From the IMG/VR virus record IMGVR_UViG_3300045988_175328, positions 160,001-224,000 of that record: a stretch of 64,000 bases of DNA. The stretch is one strand, 5' to 3'. The position numbers and the translations under genes are program-made. The stretch is from a virus. Shown here piece by piece: positions 18,926 through 27,951 of this stretch. The notes beneath the pieces were generated by a model, which had not been told where the DNA came from, ran no database searches, and worked only from the letters and a program-made list of their open reading frames with translations. Every line of letters starts with the position of its first letter. The first letter of the stretch is position 1.

Positions 18926-19890
18926 TGGCTCTTAACGATTACGAGTTCTCGGTACGAGAAACCGAGCCAAAACGTGCCGAGATGCTCAATCGTCTTAAAA
19001 ACGAAATCGGAGAATTAACAAAAGATACAATTATTAATACTAATGAAGATACTCCCGATACTCAGTTTAATGACGATAAGGCATTATCGGCGGCGCTGGC
19101 CTTCTCGAAATTCCCGACAAAAGAAAAATTAAACAATGAATACTATAATAAGCCGGCGGTCGATAATTTAATTAATCAGATCCTTGCAAATAAACTCCCA
19201 GAATTAAAGGCTCTTTTTATGGAGGAGCTAAATAAGCATCGACATGCCGACCCGATCGATCATCCCGATATCCCGGGATCGAAGATCATCGATCATTCGA
19301 TCACGCGTGATAAGCTTGCATTCCAAATCTCGTTCGAGAATTCATGGCCTATCGGATCGATCTATATGACGACGGTCGATACTAACCCAGCAACTCTCTT
19401 CGGATTCGGTACGTGGACGAAAATCCCAGCCGGCAAAGTTCTCCTTTCCGAAGGTAATGATATGGGTACGATTTACACTAACGGTGAAACCGGCGGATCT
19501 AAAGAGATCTCGATCGACAAATCTTTCGTTCCGTATCACACGCACACAATGCAAGATGGAAGTGGAGCTCATACGCACACCGGTAAGGTATCGAATAACG
19601 GCGATCATTTCCACGGATTCCAAGGCGAACATTGGGAATCATATGCGCGTTTTGGAACATATGATAATAGTGAACGTGGCTATGGGTCTGCCGGAGGTAT
19701 TGATAACGACAATCTTGTCTACAAAACAACAACAGATGGCGCCCATACTCATACCCTTCAAATCGACCCGTCGACAGGATCTCATATCCACACAATTAAT
19801 CCGGCCGGAACTCAAACACAAGACGTAGTCGAAAAACACTCAATAATACAACCATATATCGTTTGCTATATGTGGAAACGCACTGCATAG
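18925..19890 (+). CDS. tail fibre with tail-collar domain and HxH repeats
   Basis: WPIGSIYMTTVDTNPATLFGFGTWTKIPAG.., several HTH/HxH motifs (YHTHT, AHTHTG, DHFHG, AHTHT, SHIHT), and an IIQPYIVCYMWKR ending. Confidence 0.7.
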   Translation: MALNDYEFSVRETEPKRAEMLNRLKNEIGELTKDTIINTNEDTPDTQFNDDKALSAALAFSKFPTKEKLNNEYYNKPAVDNLINQILANKLPELKALFMEELNKHRHADPIDHPDIPGSKIIDHSITRDKLAFQISFENSWPIGSIYMTTVDTNPATLFGFGTWTKIPAGKVLLSEGNDMGTIYTNGETGGSKEISIDKSFVPYHTHTMQDGSGAHTHTGKVSNNGDHFHGFQGEHWESYARFGTYDNSERGYGSAGGIDNDNLVYKTTTDGAHTHTLQIDPSTGSHIHTINPAGTQTQDVVEKHSIIQPYIVCYMWKRTA

Positions 19891-19901
19891 TATATCTTAA
19901 T

Positions 19902-19944
19902 CCTCCCTTACTTCTTAACTGGAGTAAGGGAGGTATTTTTTTTA
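19902..19944 (+). terminator. intrinsic terminator
   Basis: 11-bp stem CCTCCCTTACT 19902-19912 / AGTAAGGGAGG 19923-19933 followed by a T-run. Confidence 0.8.
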
Positions 19945-20202
19945 TTAGTGTTAGGTGGGGTCTAGTGACGGTTCTTTTAATAAGGAAAGAAAATGAGTAT
20001 AAATATATATAAGATGGAGAGTACAGGCTGGCCGACATTTATGTCGATCAGTTAAGTGGAAGTGTAGTTAGAATGGGGGTTGTTGGGTCTTAAAATGGAA
20101 ATAATAAAATAAAGAGAAAAATAGCAAAACATATTCTGACTGAAATTTAGGAATAGTAATAAGAGTAATTTGTTTTGGTCGAAGTATTGTTTGCGAGACG
20201 GA

Positions 20203-20403
20203 AATAAATAAATGAATTTTGATGACATAGGTCGAGTTAGCTGTGTAGGTCGATAGACGTGTTTTATACGTAAGCCAGATTTTGTGAAAAATTTAAAAAT
20301 AAATAAGAAAATAAATAAATGCTGATTTGTTGTGGTAGGTCAAGTTAGATGCGTAGGTTGACAGGCGTGTTCTGTAAGTGAACTAGAATTTTGTAGAGAA
20401 TTT
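20203..20403 (+). repeat. two direct ~95-nt units (period about 108 nt), each with two TAGGTYRA boxes
   Basis: AATAAATAAATG..TAGGTCGAGTTAGCTGTGTAGGTCGATAGACGTGTT.. versus AATAAATAAATG..TAGGTCAAGTTAGATGCGTAGGTTGACAGGCGTGTT.., located upstream of the RNAP-like gene. Confidence 0.7.
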
Positions 20404-20594
20404 GGAGGGGGAAGTGTTTTATGAAGATATTAGAGTGCTGAGAAATCATGCCCCCGGGTGCTTGATTCTCGGAACTCTCACTACTTTTGCGCCATATAGT
20501 AGCCAGGCGCATTTCTAAATGTGGTTACGACGAGCCTTTCTGACTGGAGCTCGTTTCAATCCAGTCGAATTTGTTCAGAAAAGGAGAAATTATC

Positions 20595-23500
20595 ATGAAC
20601 AAACAAAACATTCAAAACAACAAAAATTTAAAAGCTGTCGTATTGGCAGCAGTAGATGCAGCAGTAGCTGCTGATGTGCGCGTGGTTAATACCACTGCGG
20701 CGGTAACAACCGCAGAAGCAGTAGTTACTGAAACTGCAGAAACACTTGCGCGCGCAGCGGTACAGTTTCAAACATTTATCAACAATTTTGTAGTAGAAGG
20801 AGGCGAGTATCGTAGCTTCATGGGCATTCTATCTGATGTAGGATTTACACATCCAGATCTTGTTAAATGGGTGCGTAAACAAAAATGGACAGAAGCAATG
20901 TCTATTTGGAGAGAGGGTCAAGGATACACACGTAATTCTTTCCTTTGTGATGAAGACTGGAATACATTCCTCGAATTACGGGAAGCCCTCCTTCAAGCGC
21001 GCAATGCGTACAAAAACGCAAAACGTAAATTAGCTAGAAAAGAAGTCGCATTAAAAGCAGCAAAAAAAGAGGCAGCAAAAGCCTTATTAGCAGAGAAATC
21101 TGCAAACAAACAATGGAAAAAGGCGAGAAAGGATGCGAAAGAAGCAAGAGCTACTGAAGCAGCAGTAGCAGTCGAAGAGGCTCGATTAGAAAAAGCACGA
21201 AAACGTGCTGAAAAAGTGGGTCCGAAGGAACCGCCAAAACAAAGAGTGGCCGTAGCTGTTGCTGGTCTTGAGTCCATGTTAGAATGGATCGAATCTAGAA
21301 AGGTAGCTGTTACTAAAACAGTTGTATTAGAAAATACAGCTAAATTAGTAACAGAAGCTAACGCAGCTGTTGAGTACGGTTATATGGATGCTAGAACTGG
21401 AGAATTTGTTTCTACAGAAGGAACAAAAGAGTTCTCTGGTGCTAGATTCAAAACTGGTGCTATCAACATTGCCGATAAAAATACTGCTAAAGCAACAGCA
21501 AAAGCCAACGCTACTGCTAATGGTAAAGATTTAGATGGAGACGTCATAAATCGCTTCGTTAAACCTAGAAATATCCTTGATGGATTCAAACTTAAATTGC
21601 AAATGTTTGGATCTAAAGTACGTGTGCGTAACGTACTTAAAGGTAATCGTAAAGGTTTTAAAGCTGTAATGGGACCAAAAGCACAAGTTGCTATTAAGTC
21701 CATTATCGTTGACGGTAGCGACGTAATGGCTAATGGTGAAGGTGTAAAAGCTATGGCAGTAGCAACTACATCCTCCATTAGCTATATTGTACGTACAGCA
21801 ATTCGTCTTGGCGAAGAAAAAGGATGGGCTGAAGAGCTTGTTCTTAGAAATTCTTCTATTAAGACTGGCTATATGGATGGCAACATCGGTATCAACTCTC
21901 ATAGAGAGATGACATCGATGGAAGCCGATTTAACATATATGACTGCAGAAGTATCTGCTAATTATGTGTTGAATGGCTTAATCTCCATTCATATCGATAA
22001 AGAGGATGAGGAAGGCGTATCCTTCACAAAGGGCATTCGTCAAGCAGAATTCATTATCGTTGATGGAATTAAATACATTCCGTTAATGGTTGAGTCTGTT
22101 GCGAAGACTCGTCTATACGATACAGTATGGACAGCTGAGCATCTGGCTAACCAATGGCGCGAAGTGCTTCGTGTAGCGACAGGAGGAATCTCTGACAGTA
22201 TTACTCTAATGAAAGAGTTAACTAAAGCTCTTAAATTGAGAAGCCGTTTGGGAATGGGGTTCTCTCCTAGCTATGAGTTCGAAATCGATCTTGCACGTTG
22301 GGGCGTTGTGTATCTTGACGCTTCTATCGATGCAATCGACGGACAAGCTTACGGAAGCAGAGCTATGATGGAAGAGCTTCTTGAACTAGCTGGCGTGAAC
22401 TCATGGCAAGTTCGCACGAATACAGGTAAAGGACAACTCGTTCCAATGAAAAGAATGAAACGTCTACTTGCTGTATTGTGCGAACAATACGGTCTTGAAC
22501 TCGTTTACGTTTCTGACGTTGACGAAGTTCAAGCAGCTATTGATGCAGCAAGAGCTGAAGGTAAAAGAGTAGCCGTTGTTGTTGGTAACGCCGAACATAT
22601 TGGCATGATCGGCGATATGAATTTCTTTAAAGGAATTCCGACTATCAATGATGGTGGCATTGTTCGTCTAAGCGTCTTGAGAAATCTTGCACCAACAGGC
22701 AACGGCTCTCACTTCGCTTACCAGGCAGCAGTGGGTGCTTTATGCTCTTACGAATGGGATAATAAAGACCGTTTCGTAAAAGCATTGGCTATGCAAGCCG
22801 TTGAAAAATTCACAGAAGCTTTCAATGGCTGTGCTGTTAATAAATCTGTAACTGATTTGTTTGCAGCATTAGTTGGAGTAAAAGGATTGGCTGGCGAAGC
22901 TGATATCATCAGCGAATTAGCCAACGGTGCATTTACTCCAGCTATGTATGGCATTAAAGAGCTTTCCTATGCGTTAAGAAACGAGCAACAAGTTGTTCGT
23001 GGTAGTGCATGGAAAGTTTCTTGCCCAGGCATGAAGGACGAGCTATTTAACGAAGCTATTCTTGAAGGAGCTGGCCTACTTGTTGTAGAAGGAATTGTTT
23101 CTAATAACAATCCTTTACTAAAACAAGGCGATTGGGTGATGGCATTGAGATACCCACATTCCAATGGGTTCTCTTTCGTTAAAATCAGACTTGTAACAGT
23201 ATCTGAAGCTATCGAAAGAGTGAACAACTCTTCCGCGTTTGCGGCTCAAAAAGCTGTCATGATCGATGAGCTATTATCCCTTGGTGATAATAACATCATG
23301 GTAGACAGCAGCCGTGAGGTATTGGAAGCATTAGCTGGTATGGATTTTGATGGAGACGTGATCTCTGTCTTAAATCCAGAAGAAGCAGAGTTGCTTTTGC
23401 CAATGGATGAGCTACGTACAGTCATTGCTCCGATCGTAACGAAAGCTCAAGAAAAAGAGCTTGTTGTTACAGGAAACTTTGAAGATACAATGCAACATCT

Positions 23501-25397
23501 TCAAAGCGAGATGGCAGCTAATGAAACTAAGTACGTTGGCGAAATCTCCAATGGAGTAATGAAAGCAACTGAGTTCTTGGGTCTTCCTAAAGATGAACAA
23601 AGAAAAATTGTGGCAGAAATTGTCCGCAATGGAAATCTAAGCCACAATGGCTTATTGCCTACGTTCAACTGGGAGGAACAAGTAACTTGGGTTGAAGGAA
23701 AAGAAGGATTCGTACTTAGCGATGAGTCTACAACTCCTCAAGCTTTAGTTGCTATGAAAAATGCGTTCTTCGATAAAGTTGATGAACGAAACTACTCTGT
23801 AGAAAGTTTCATCAACTTCGCAGAATACGTTGTCATCATGTCTGGTCCAACGCAAGGATTCGTAATTGATGCGGCGAAAAAATTCTGTCCAATCGTAGAC
23901 TTAGCAGAAGATATCTTCTCCAACTTAAGTCTTGGATGGAAAAGATTCGCTCCAACAATGGTGCTTACATGCAATGAGTATGGAGAGTTCTCCAAAGGTA
24001 TGTCTTATAACTTTGGCGAAGAGAACTCTAGCATTACTCTTACAGTAGGCGCATGTATTCAGGTAGAAGCTTTCAAAGCGTTTGCGGTGGAAGCTTCTAA
24101 AGCTATCTTAAATGCATTTGCTGGAGAGGATGCATCTAAAGCTAACTGGAAAGCATTTGAAGACGCATTGAAAAAAGAGTCTTTAATGTCTTTGGTTGGT
24201 GGTAAGATGAACTCTGCTAGAAAGAACTGCAGAAACATTGCTGCTGGAGCTGCAGCTGCGATTAAAGTTATCGACAACCAAATCGCAGAAGCTTGCGGCG
24301 AAGAAAACATTCCTAGTAAAACAATGAAGGAATGGAGCGACGCTATCGGCTGCATGTTTGCTGCATCTGGTACAATCAATCCTCTTGGATTACGTGCTTA
24401 TGCATCCAGCAAAACATTACGTCCAGCAATCTTGAAAGCAATGCTTGACGCTGCTGAAGTAAAATCCATTCCTGTAGAAATTGGATTTACTTCTATGGCA
24501 AGAGTTGCTTTTGCGAAAGCGAATGTTGGAGAAAAAGTATTCTTCGAAAACTCTAAAGCTGCTGATGCTAACGGAGTAATTCTTCTACACTCTGGTTTAA
24601 CAGGTTACTACAAAGTATCTGTTAAAACAGAAGAAGTAGAAGAAAACGGAGAAACAATCTCTGTAGAGACATACTTCGTAGAAGTGCCTGTGTCCGAAGT
24701 ATTAGGCATCGAACCGATGAAAACAAATCGTTTCGTTGCTCACTTAGGATACGAAGGTGCCGATGCTGAAGTCGCTAGAAAGTTTAATGCTGAATTAACT
24801 AAGTTCGACTTCTGCGCGGAAGGTACGTTCGCTTTCTATGGCACGATGAAAGAACTAAACAATCTTATGATTGAAAAGTTTGGCGAAGGTGTCTTAAGAG
24901 ACGTATTGGTATCAACAATAACTGGGCTAAAAAACGGTGAAGACGTTTATAGCCAACAGTTTGTTGATTTCATCGCTCTTGCTAATGGTCACGCTACTGA
25001 TCCGAAGTATGCAGCTGATGACAAACATGACCGCGTATTCTTTGTTCGCAAAGATGAGAATGGTCGGGTTGTGGTTATGAGATCATTGCCTAACCAAGCA
25101 ATGGCTTATGGCCATGAAGCGTTTAAGCTAAGAGGCATGTTCGCTGGAGAACTAAGATTAGTTAGTTACATCTTAGAAGGAAAAGCTAAGTCTGACAAAA
25201 AGGGCTATGTTAATAGCTACTTATTGTTAGAGCACAAAACTTTAGCTCCTAAGCAAGAAATCAGTGCGTATATCAATGGTTTAATTACTAAATATGCGGC
25301 TGATTTCAAAGCAGCTGTCTTAAATAAAAAGTTCGAATTAGGTTGCCTTGGTAGCCTAGTTCAAACTGTATTATCTGATGAAGAAATCATTGGATAA
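20595..25397 (+). CDS. giant single-chain two-barrel RNA polymerase candidate (YonO / cellular-RdRP / crAss-vRNAP lineage)
   Basis: The ATG at 20595 has an AAAGGAG SD. The ordered motifs are QVRTNTGKG (22407-22433), RYPH (23148-23159) and MDFDGDVISV (DFDGD 23343-23357). The N-terminal region is A/V-rich and contains a KAE coiled coil. GC content is visibly higher than in the flanks. Confidence 0.7.
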   Translation: MNKQNIQNNKNLKAVVLAAVDAAVAADVRVVNTTAAVTTAEAVVTETAETLARAAVQFQTFINNFVVEGGEYRSFMGILSDVGFTHPDLVKWVRKQKWTEAMSIWREGQGYTRNSFLCDEDWNTFLELREALLQARNAYKNAKRKLARKEVALKAAKKEAAKALLAEKSANKQWKKARKDAKEARATEAAVAVEEARLEKARKRAEKVGPKEPPKQRVAVAVAGLESMLEWIESRKVAVTKTVVLENTAKLVTEANAAVEYGYMDARTGEFVSTEGTKEFSGARFKTGAINIADKNTAKATAKANATANGKDLDGDVINRFVKPRNILDGFKLKLQMFGSKVRVRNVLKGNRKGFKAVMGPKAQVAIKSIIVDGSDVMANGEGVKAMAVATTSSISYIVRTAIRLGEEKGWAEELVLRNSSIKTGYMDGNIGINSHREMTSMEADLTYMTAEVSANYVLNGLISIHIDKEDEEGVSFTKGIRQAEFIIVDGIKYIPLMVESVAKTRLYDTVWTAEHLANQWREVLRVATGGISDSITLMKELTKALKLRSRLGMGFSPSYEFEIDLARWGVVYLDASIDAIDGQAYGSRAMMEELLELAGVNSWQVRTNTGKGQLVPMKRMKRLLAVLCEQYGLELVYVSDVDEVQAAIDAARAEGKRVAVVVGNAEHIGMIGDMNFFKGIPTINDGGIVRLSVLRNLAPTGNGSHFAYQAAVGALCSYEWDNKDRFVKALAMQAVEKFTEAFNGCAVNKSVTDLFAALVGVKGLAGEADIISELANGAFTPAMYGIKELSYALRNEQQVVRGSAWKVSCPGMKDELFNEAILEGAGLLVVEGIVSNNNPLLKQGDWVMALRYPHSNGFSFVKIRLVTVSEAIERVNNSSAFAAQKAVMIDELLSLGDNNIMVDSSREVLEALAGMDFDGDVISVLNPEEAELLLPMDELRTVIAPIVTKAQEKELVVTGNFEDTMQHLQSEMAANETKYVGEISNGVMKATEFLGLPKDEQRKIVAEIVRNGNLSHNGLLPTFNWEEQVTWVEGKEGFVLSDESTTPQALVAMKNAFFDKVDERNYSVESFINFAEYVVIMSGPTQGFVIDAAKKFCPIVDLAEDIFSNLSLGWKRFAPTMVLTCNEYGEFSKGMSYNFGEENSSITLTVGACIQVEAFKAFAVEASKAILNAFAGEDASKANWKAFEDALKKESLMSLVGGKMNSARKNCRNIAAGAAAAIKVIDNQIAEACGEENIPSKTMKEWSDAIGCMFAASGTINPLGLRAYASSKTLRPAILKAMLDAAEVKSIPVEIGFTSMARVAFAKANVGEKVFFENSKAADANGVILLHSGLTGYYKVSVKTEEVEENGETISVETYFVEVPVSEVLGIEPMKTNRFVAHLGYEGADAEVARKFNAELTKFDFCAEGTFAFYGTMKELNNLMIEKFGEGVLRDVLVSTITGLKNGEDVYSQQFVDFIALANGHATDPKYAADDKHDRVFFVRKDENGRVVVMRSLPNQAMAYGHEAFKLRGMFAGELRLVSYILEGKAKSDKKGYVNSYLLLEHKTLAPKQEISAYINGLITKYAADFKAAVLNKKFELGCLGSLVQTVLSDEEIIG

Positions 25398-25410
25398 CAA
25401 ATAATAATAA

Positions 25411-25447
25411 AGAGAGACCTCTATATGGGGTCTCCTCTTTTTTTTTA
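25411..25447 (+). terminator. intrinsic terminator
   Basis: GAGACC 25414-25419 / GGTCTC 25429-25434 stem followed by a 10-nt T-run. Confidence 0.65.
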
Positions 25448-25576
25448 TTTTCTGGGATCCCCTCCGGGATCAGGATTCCTCCGCTACGGCTCAGCCTGCG
25501 CTCCGGAATAGGCCAGCCTATGGCTGTCCGTTAGGAGCGTTATCATTAGGTAGAGGTATAACGATAGAGGAAATAA

Positions 25577-25992
25577 AAATCCTCATTTATGAGGGTTTAT
25601 CCTTAGTAAGGAGGAAGATAGAAAGTAAAAATGTTTTTCTTCTTAAGGGGCAAGCCCCTTAACAACCCCGCCACCCCTGCGGGATGGACCGAACTGGCGG
25701 TGGATGAGGTCGTCCGAAACGACGTCAAACTAAAGGAAAAATCCTCACTTGTGAGGAAACTTGCTCCTGAGTACGAGCTAAAACTGCTTGCGAGGAAAAA
25801 TCCTCGTTGTTGAGAGCACTTGCTCTTCGAAGGCCCTGGCGGTGTCGGAGAGAGGAGTAGGTGCTGTGGTCCTGAATAAGACATTAAACTGTTTCAGAGG
25901 AGAAAATCCTCTGTTGTGAGAGAGCTCATTTAACTCTCTGTTTTAATTAAGCCAGTGTAGAAATATTTGCTGGTGTTTTCGGGCGCATGCCC
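25577..25992 (+). promoter_or_regulatory. gene-free cluster of repeated motifs (4 AAATCCTC hairpins, 2 CCTGA..TAAACTG boxes, 1 TTAAGGGGC palindrome, GCCAG..CTGG hairpin, GC clamp)
   Basis: AAATCCTC at 25577, 25739, 25798 and 25904. Boxes at 25766-25786 and 25871-25891. Hairpin at 25951-25973. GGGCGCATGCCC at 25981-25992, abutting the SD. Confidence 0.6.
25643..25669 (+). repeat. TTAAGGGGCAAGCCCCTTAACAACCCC element, copy 1
   Basis: Exact 27-mer, also found at 34215, 35218 and 38170, with a variant at 41909. Confidence 0.85.
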
Positions 25993-26004
25993 AAGGAGGT
26001 TATC

Positions 26005-26469
26005 ATGTTAACTTTAGAATTAAATCGAAAAATGGCCTATGGTTTTTTCCCAGAATTAATTCGCGATGAAGAGAAAATTGCGAATTTGAATGACTTATTT
26101 CAAGAAGTTATTATGAAAAATAATCCTAACGGAGTTAAGCTCCAATTGGATTTTAAGCACAATGTAATTGTGCATAAAACCAATGTAGGCGAAGTAACTC
26201 TAGTAGAAGAGTACTTCCCTAATGGTACTGAAAAACTTTGGGTAAATCGTTTCCGTAACAGGAAACAACTATTACCTAAAGTTCCTGCAGAATTAATTCC
26301 TGTCGCAAAAGAATGCGACGAAAGAAATTTATACAAATTTAATTATTTAAGAGAAGGAAACATTACGTTTTATCTCGCAAATAATAGAAAGGTTCTCGTA
26401 AGAGAAACTAAAATGGAGGATGGAAGTCTTTCAATCGATTTATTCTACCTAGCTGATTTGTTGGCCTAA
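26005..26469 (+). CDS. hypothetical protein
   Basis: The ATG at 26005 lies 5 nt after AAGGAGG. The track start at 25987 lies inside the GC-clamp hairpin. Confidence 0.6.
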   Translation: MLTLELNRKMAYGFFPELIRDEEKIANLNDLFQEVIMKNNPNGVKLQLDFKHNVIVHKTNVGEVTLVEEYFPNGTEKLWVNRFRNRKQLLPKVPAELIPVAKECDERNLYKFNYLREGNITFYLANNRKVLVRETKMEDGSLSIDLFYLADLLA

Positions 26470-26481
26470 GTAGAATAATCT

Positions 26482-26624
26482 CCTAAGCATGAGAATAAAC
26501 TGCTTATTTGTAACGGCTCCTGAATATGAGCATTAAACTGTTCTAGAAGAAAATCCTCTATTATGAGTTTTGTCCGTAATGACGATAAACTAATTATTAT
26601 AATTTAATTTGGCGGCAAATCGCC
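26482..26624 (+). promoter_or_regulatory. intergenic motif cluster
   Basis: Boxes at 26482-26502, 26519-26540 and 26573-26592. AAATCCTC at 26551. GGCGGCAAATCGCC at 26611-26624, before the SD. Confidence 0.6.
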
Positions 26625-26640
26625 AGAAAGGAGGCATATT

Positions 26641-26796
26641 ATGTCTCAATTAGAATTAACAAACCACTTAGCGTGGGTAGAAGAAATGGTTGCATTCGCG
26701 GAGACTGAAGAGTCCAACTACCGTGACTTCGAAGGATATCTTGCGGAGTCATTTATCGGAGGCCTGGACCTCTGGCTAGGAGACGATGAATTTTAG
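26641..26796 (+). CDS. small acidic protein (51 aa), not in the ORF track
   Basis: ATG lies 7 nt after AAAGGAGG. Sequence MSQLELTNHLAWVEEMVAFAETEESNYRDFEGYLAESFIGGLDLWLGDDEF. It has the same leader architecture as its neighbours. Confidence 0.55.
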   Translation: MSQLELTNHLAWVEEMVAFAETEESNYRDFEGYLAESFIGGLDLWLGDDEF

Positions 26797-26817
26797 ACTC
26801 TAGTTTCCTGACCAAGA

Positions 26818-26919
26818 CCTAGGTATGTCTTTAAACTGCCTAAATCCTCCCCATTGCGGGGACTGAATTGTCTGAGATGACGTTAAACTATTTAATTTAA
26901 TTCATGGCGGCAAATCGCC
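26818..26919 (+). promoter_or_regulatory. intergenic motif cluster
   Basis: Boxes at 26818-26838 and 26872-26890. AAATCCTC at 26842 with an alternative stem TCCCC/GGGGA. GGCGGCAAATCGCC at 26906-26919. Confidence 0.6.
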
Positions 26920-26934
26920 AGAAAGGAGATAAGT

Positions 26935-27225
26935 ATGCATACTTATACTCTTGAAAACACTGAGGCACTAGTTGCCTTAGTGCGTGACCTTTGTTTTAGC
27001 AATGGTCATTGTCCCAAAGAAATCTTCTCTTGGGATGAAAAACATTACATTGTAGCCGGCAACCTAGCTAGTTACGATGGACCATGGGACGGTCCTGAAG
27101 ATGTCGCTCATATCTACGTTGATGGTGTAGGCGTGGGAGAAATAGATATCTTCGGCGCCGACCAAATTGCATTCGCCGTTGCTAACTGGAACGGCGAAGA
27201 ATTGAACAGAAAGGTGGTGGCTTAA
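26935..27225 (+). CDS. hypothetical protein
   Basis: ORF with SD AAAGGAG. Confidence 0.6.
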   Translation: MHTYTLENTEALVALVRDLCFSNGHCPKEIFSWDEKHYIVAGNLASYDGPWDGPEDVAHIYVDGVGVGEIDIFGADQIAFAVANWNGEELNRKVVA

Positions 27226-27255
27226 CTGCTTTTCTGTAATCTCGTCGACCACTCG

Positions 27256-27639
27256 GTGGATGTTTACGATTTAGTAGGAAATCTAATCGTGAGCATCCCT
27301 AAGAGTGGTCGTGTAGCTCGTGTTCGGACAAGTAGCGAAAGAGTGGGCGCTATTTGTTCTAAGGATTTTAGCTATCGAAAATACAATGAAGACGGTAGCT
27401 ATGAAGATACACCACTTAAAGGGAACCCACAATCTGGGCACCTGAATATATTCAAATCTGAGTATTCAGATGTCGAAGGGTTCCCTGAAACTATAGAACA
27501 GGGTGTGTATTATATTGTCAGTTCTATGGTGGCGTCTCGTATACAGAGTCATCAGGTTATTGCGCCTGGTCAGATTATGCGGGACGCCTCCGGCAAAGCC
27601 GTAGGATGCTGCGGTCTTAGTTATACTGCCGGAAGATAA
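27256..27639 (+). CDS. hypothetical protein
   Basis: ORF with a GTG start and a weak SD. Confidence 0.45.
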   Translation: MDVYDLVGNLIVSIPKSGRVARVRTSSERVGAICSKDFSYRKYNEDGSYEDTPLKGNPQSGHLNIFKSEYSDVEGFPETIEQGVYYIVSSMVASRIQSHQVIAPGQIMRDASGKAVGCCGLSYTAGR

Positions 27640-27682
27640 ATTAATTAATTTAAATAGGGCCCGGATGCTCGAGGAGGTAATG

Positions 27683-27856
27683 ATGAAGAATATAATTATC
27701 GTATGCATGCTATCACTAATCTGCACTATAGCAATAGTGGAATTTTCAGTAGGCTTGTTCCCAGCATTAGCTGGGTATCCAGAAGCATTGGCTACAGCAG
27801 GAGCTATTTCTGTTGCAACTATTTCCTTCATGTTGTTTGACATGATAGGAGACTGA
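27683..27856 (+). CDS. small membrane protein
   Basis: The ATG at 27683 lies 5 nt after GAGGAGG. Two hydrophobic helices. Paralog-like to 27952-28122. Confidence 0.5.
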   Translation: MKNIIIVCMLSLICTIAIVEFSVGLFPALAGYPEALATAGAISVATISFMLFDMIGD

Positions 27857-27857
27857 A

Positions 27858-27938
27858 AAATCCTCGTTTATGAGGAGAAGTCCGTAATGACTGTAAACTA
27901 TTCTAATATATTTAATTAATTAAAGGGCGCAAATGCCC
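27858..27938 (+). promoter_or_regulatory. intergenic motif cluster
   Basis: AAATCCTCGTTTATGAGG at 27858-27875. Box at 27881-27900. GGGCGCAAATGCCC at 27925-27938. Confidence 0.6.
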
Positions 27939-27951
27939 GGAGGAGGTTTCT

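Noticed and set aside
19342-20038. Five overlapping ORFs in other frames or on the other strand of the tail-collar fibre gene and its 3' flank.
   Set aside because: They are nested in a well-supported CDS and lack SD sites. The last one (19796-20038, minus strand) crosses a strong terminator.
21528-21542. The first DLDGD (track residues 320-324) as the catalytic metal site of the RNAP candidate.
   Set aside because: It lacks the upstream R-x-P and Q-x-R..KG blocks that precede the second motif (DFDGD, residues 925-929). It sits in a low-complexity region rich in K, A, T and N. It is kept only as a note under the RNAP finding.
20993-24379. Antisense ORFs (62-132 aa) inside the RNAP-like gene.
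   Set aside because: The higher GC content lowers stop-codon frequency. They have no SD, and all are contained in the 1600-aa frame that carries the conserved motifs.
25603-25884. The 93-aa minus-strand ORF and the 60-aa plus-strand ORF (25631-25813).
   Set aside because: Both are built from the repeated hairpin and box motifs (AAATCCTC, the TTAAGGGGC palindrome, TAAACTG). They have no SD and their composition is an artefact of GC-rich hairpins.
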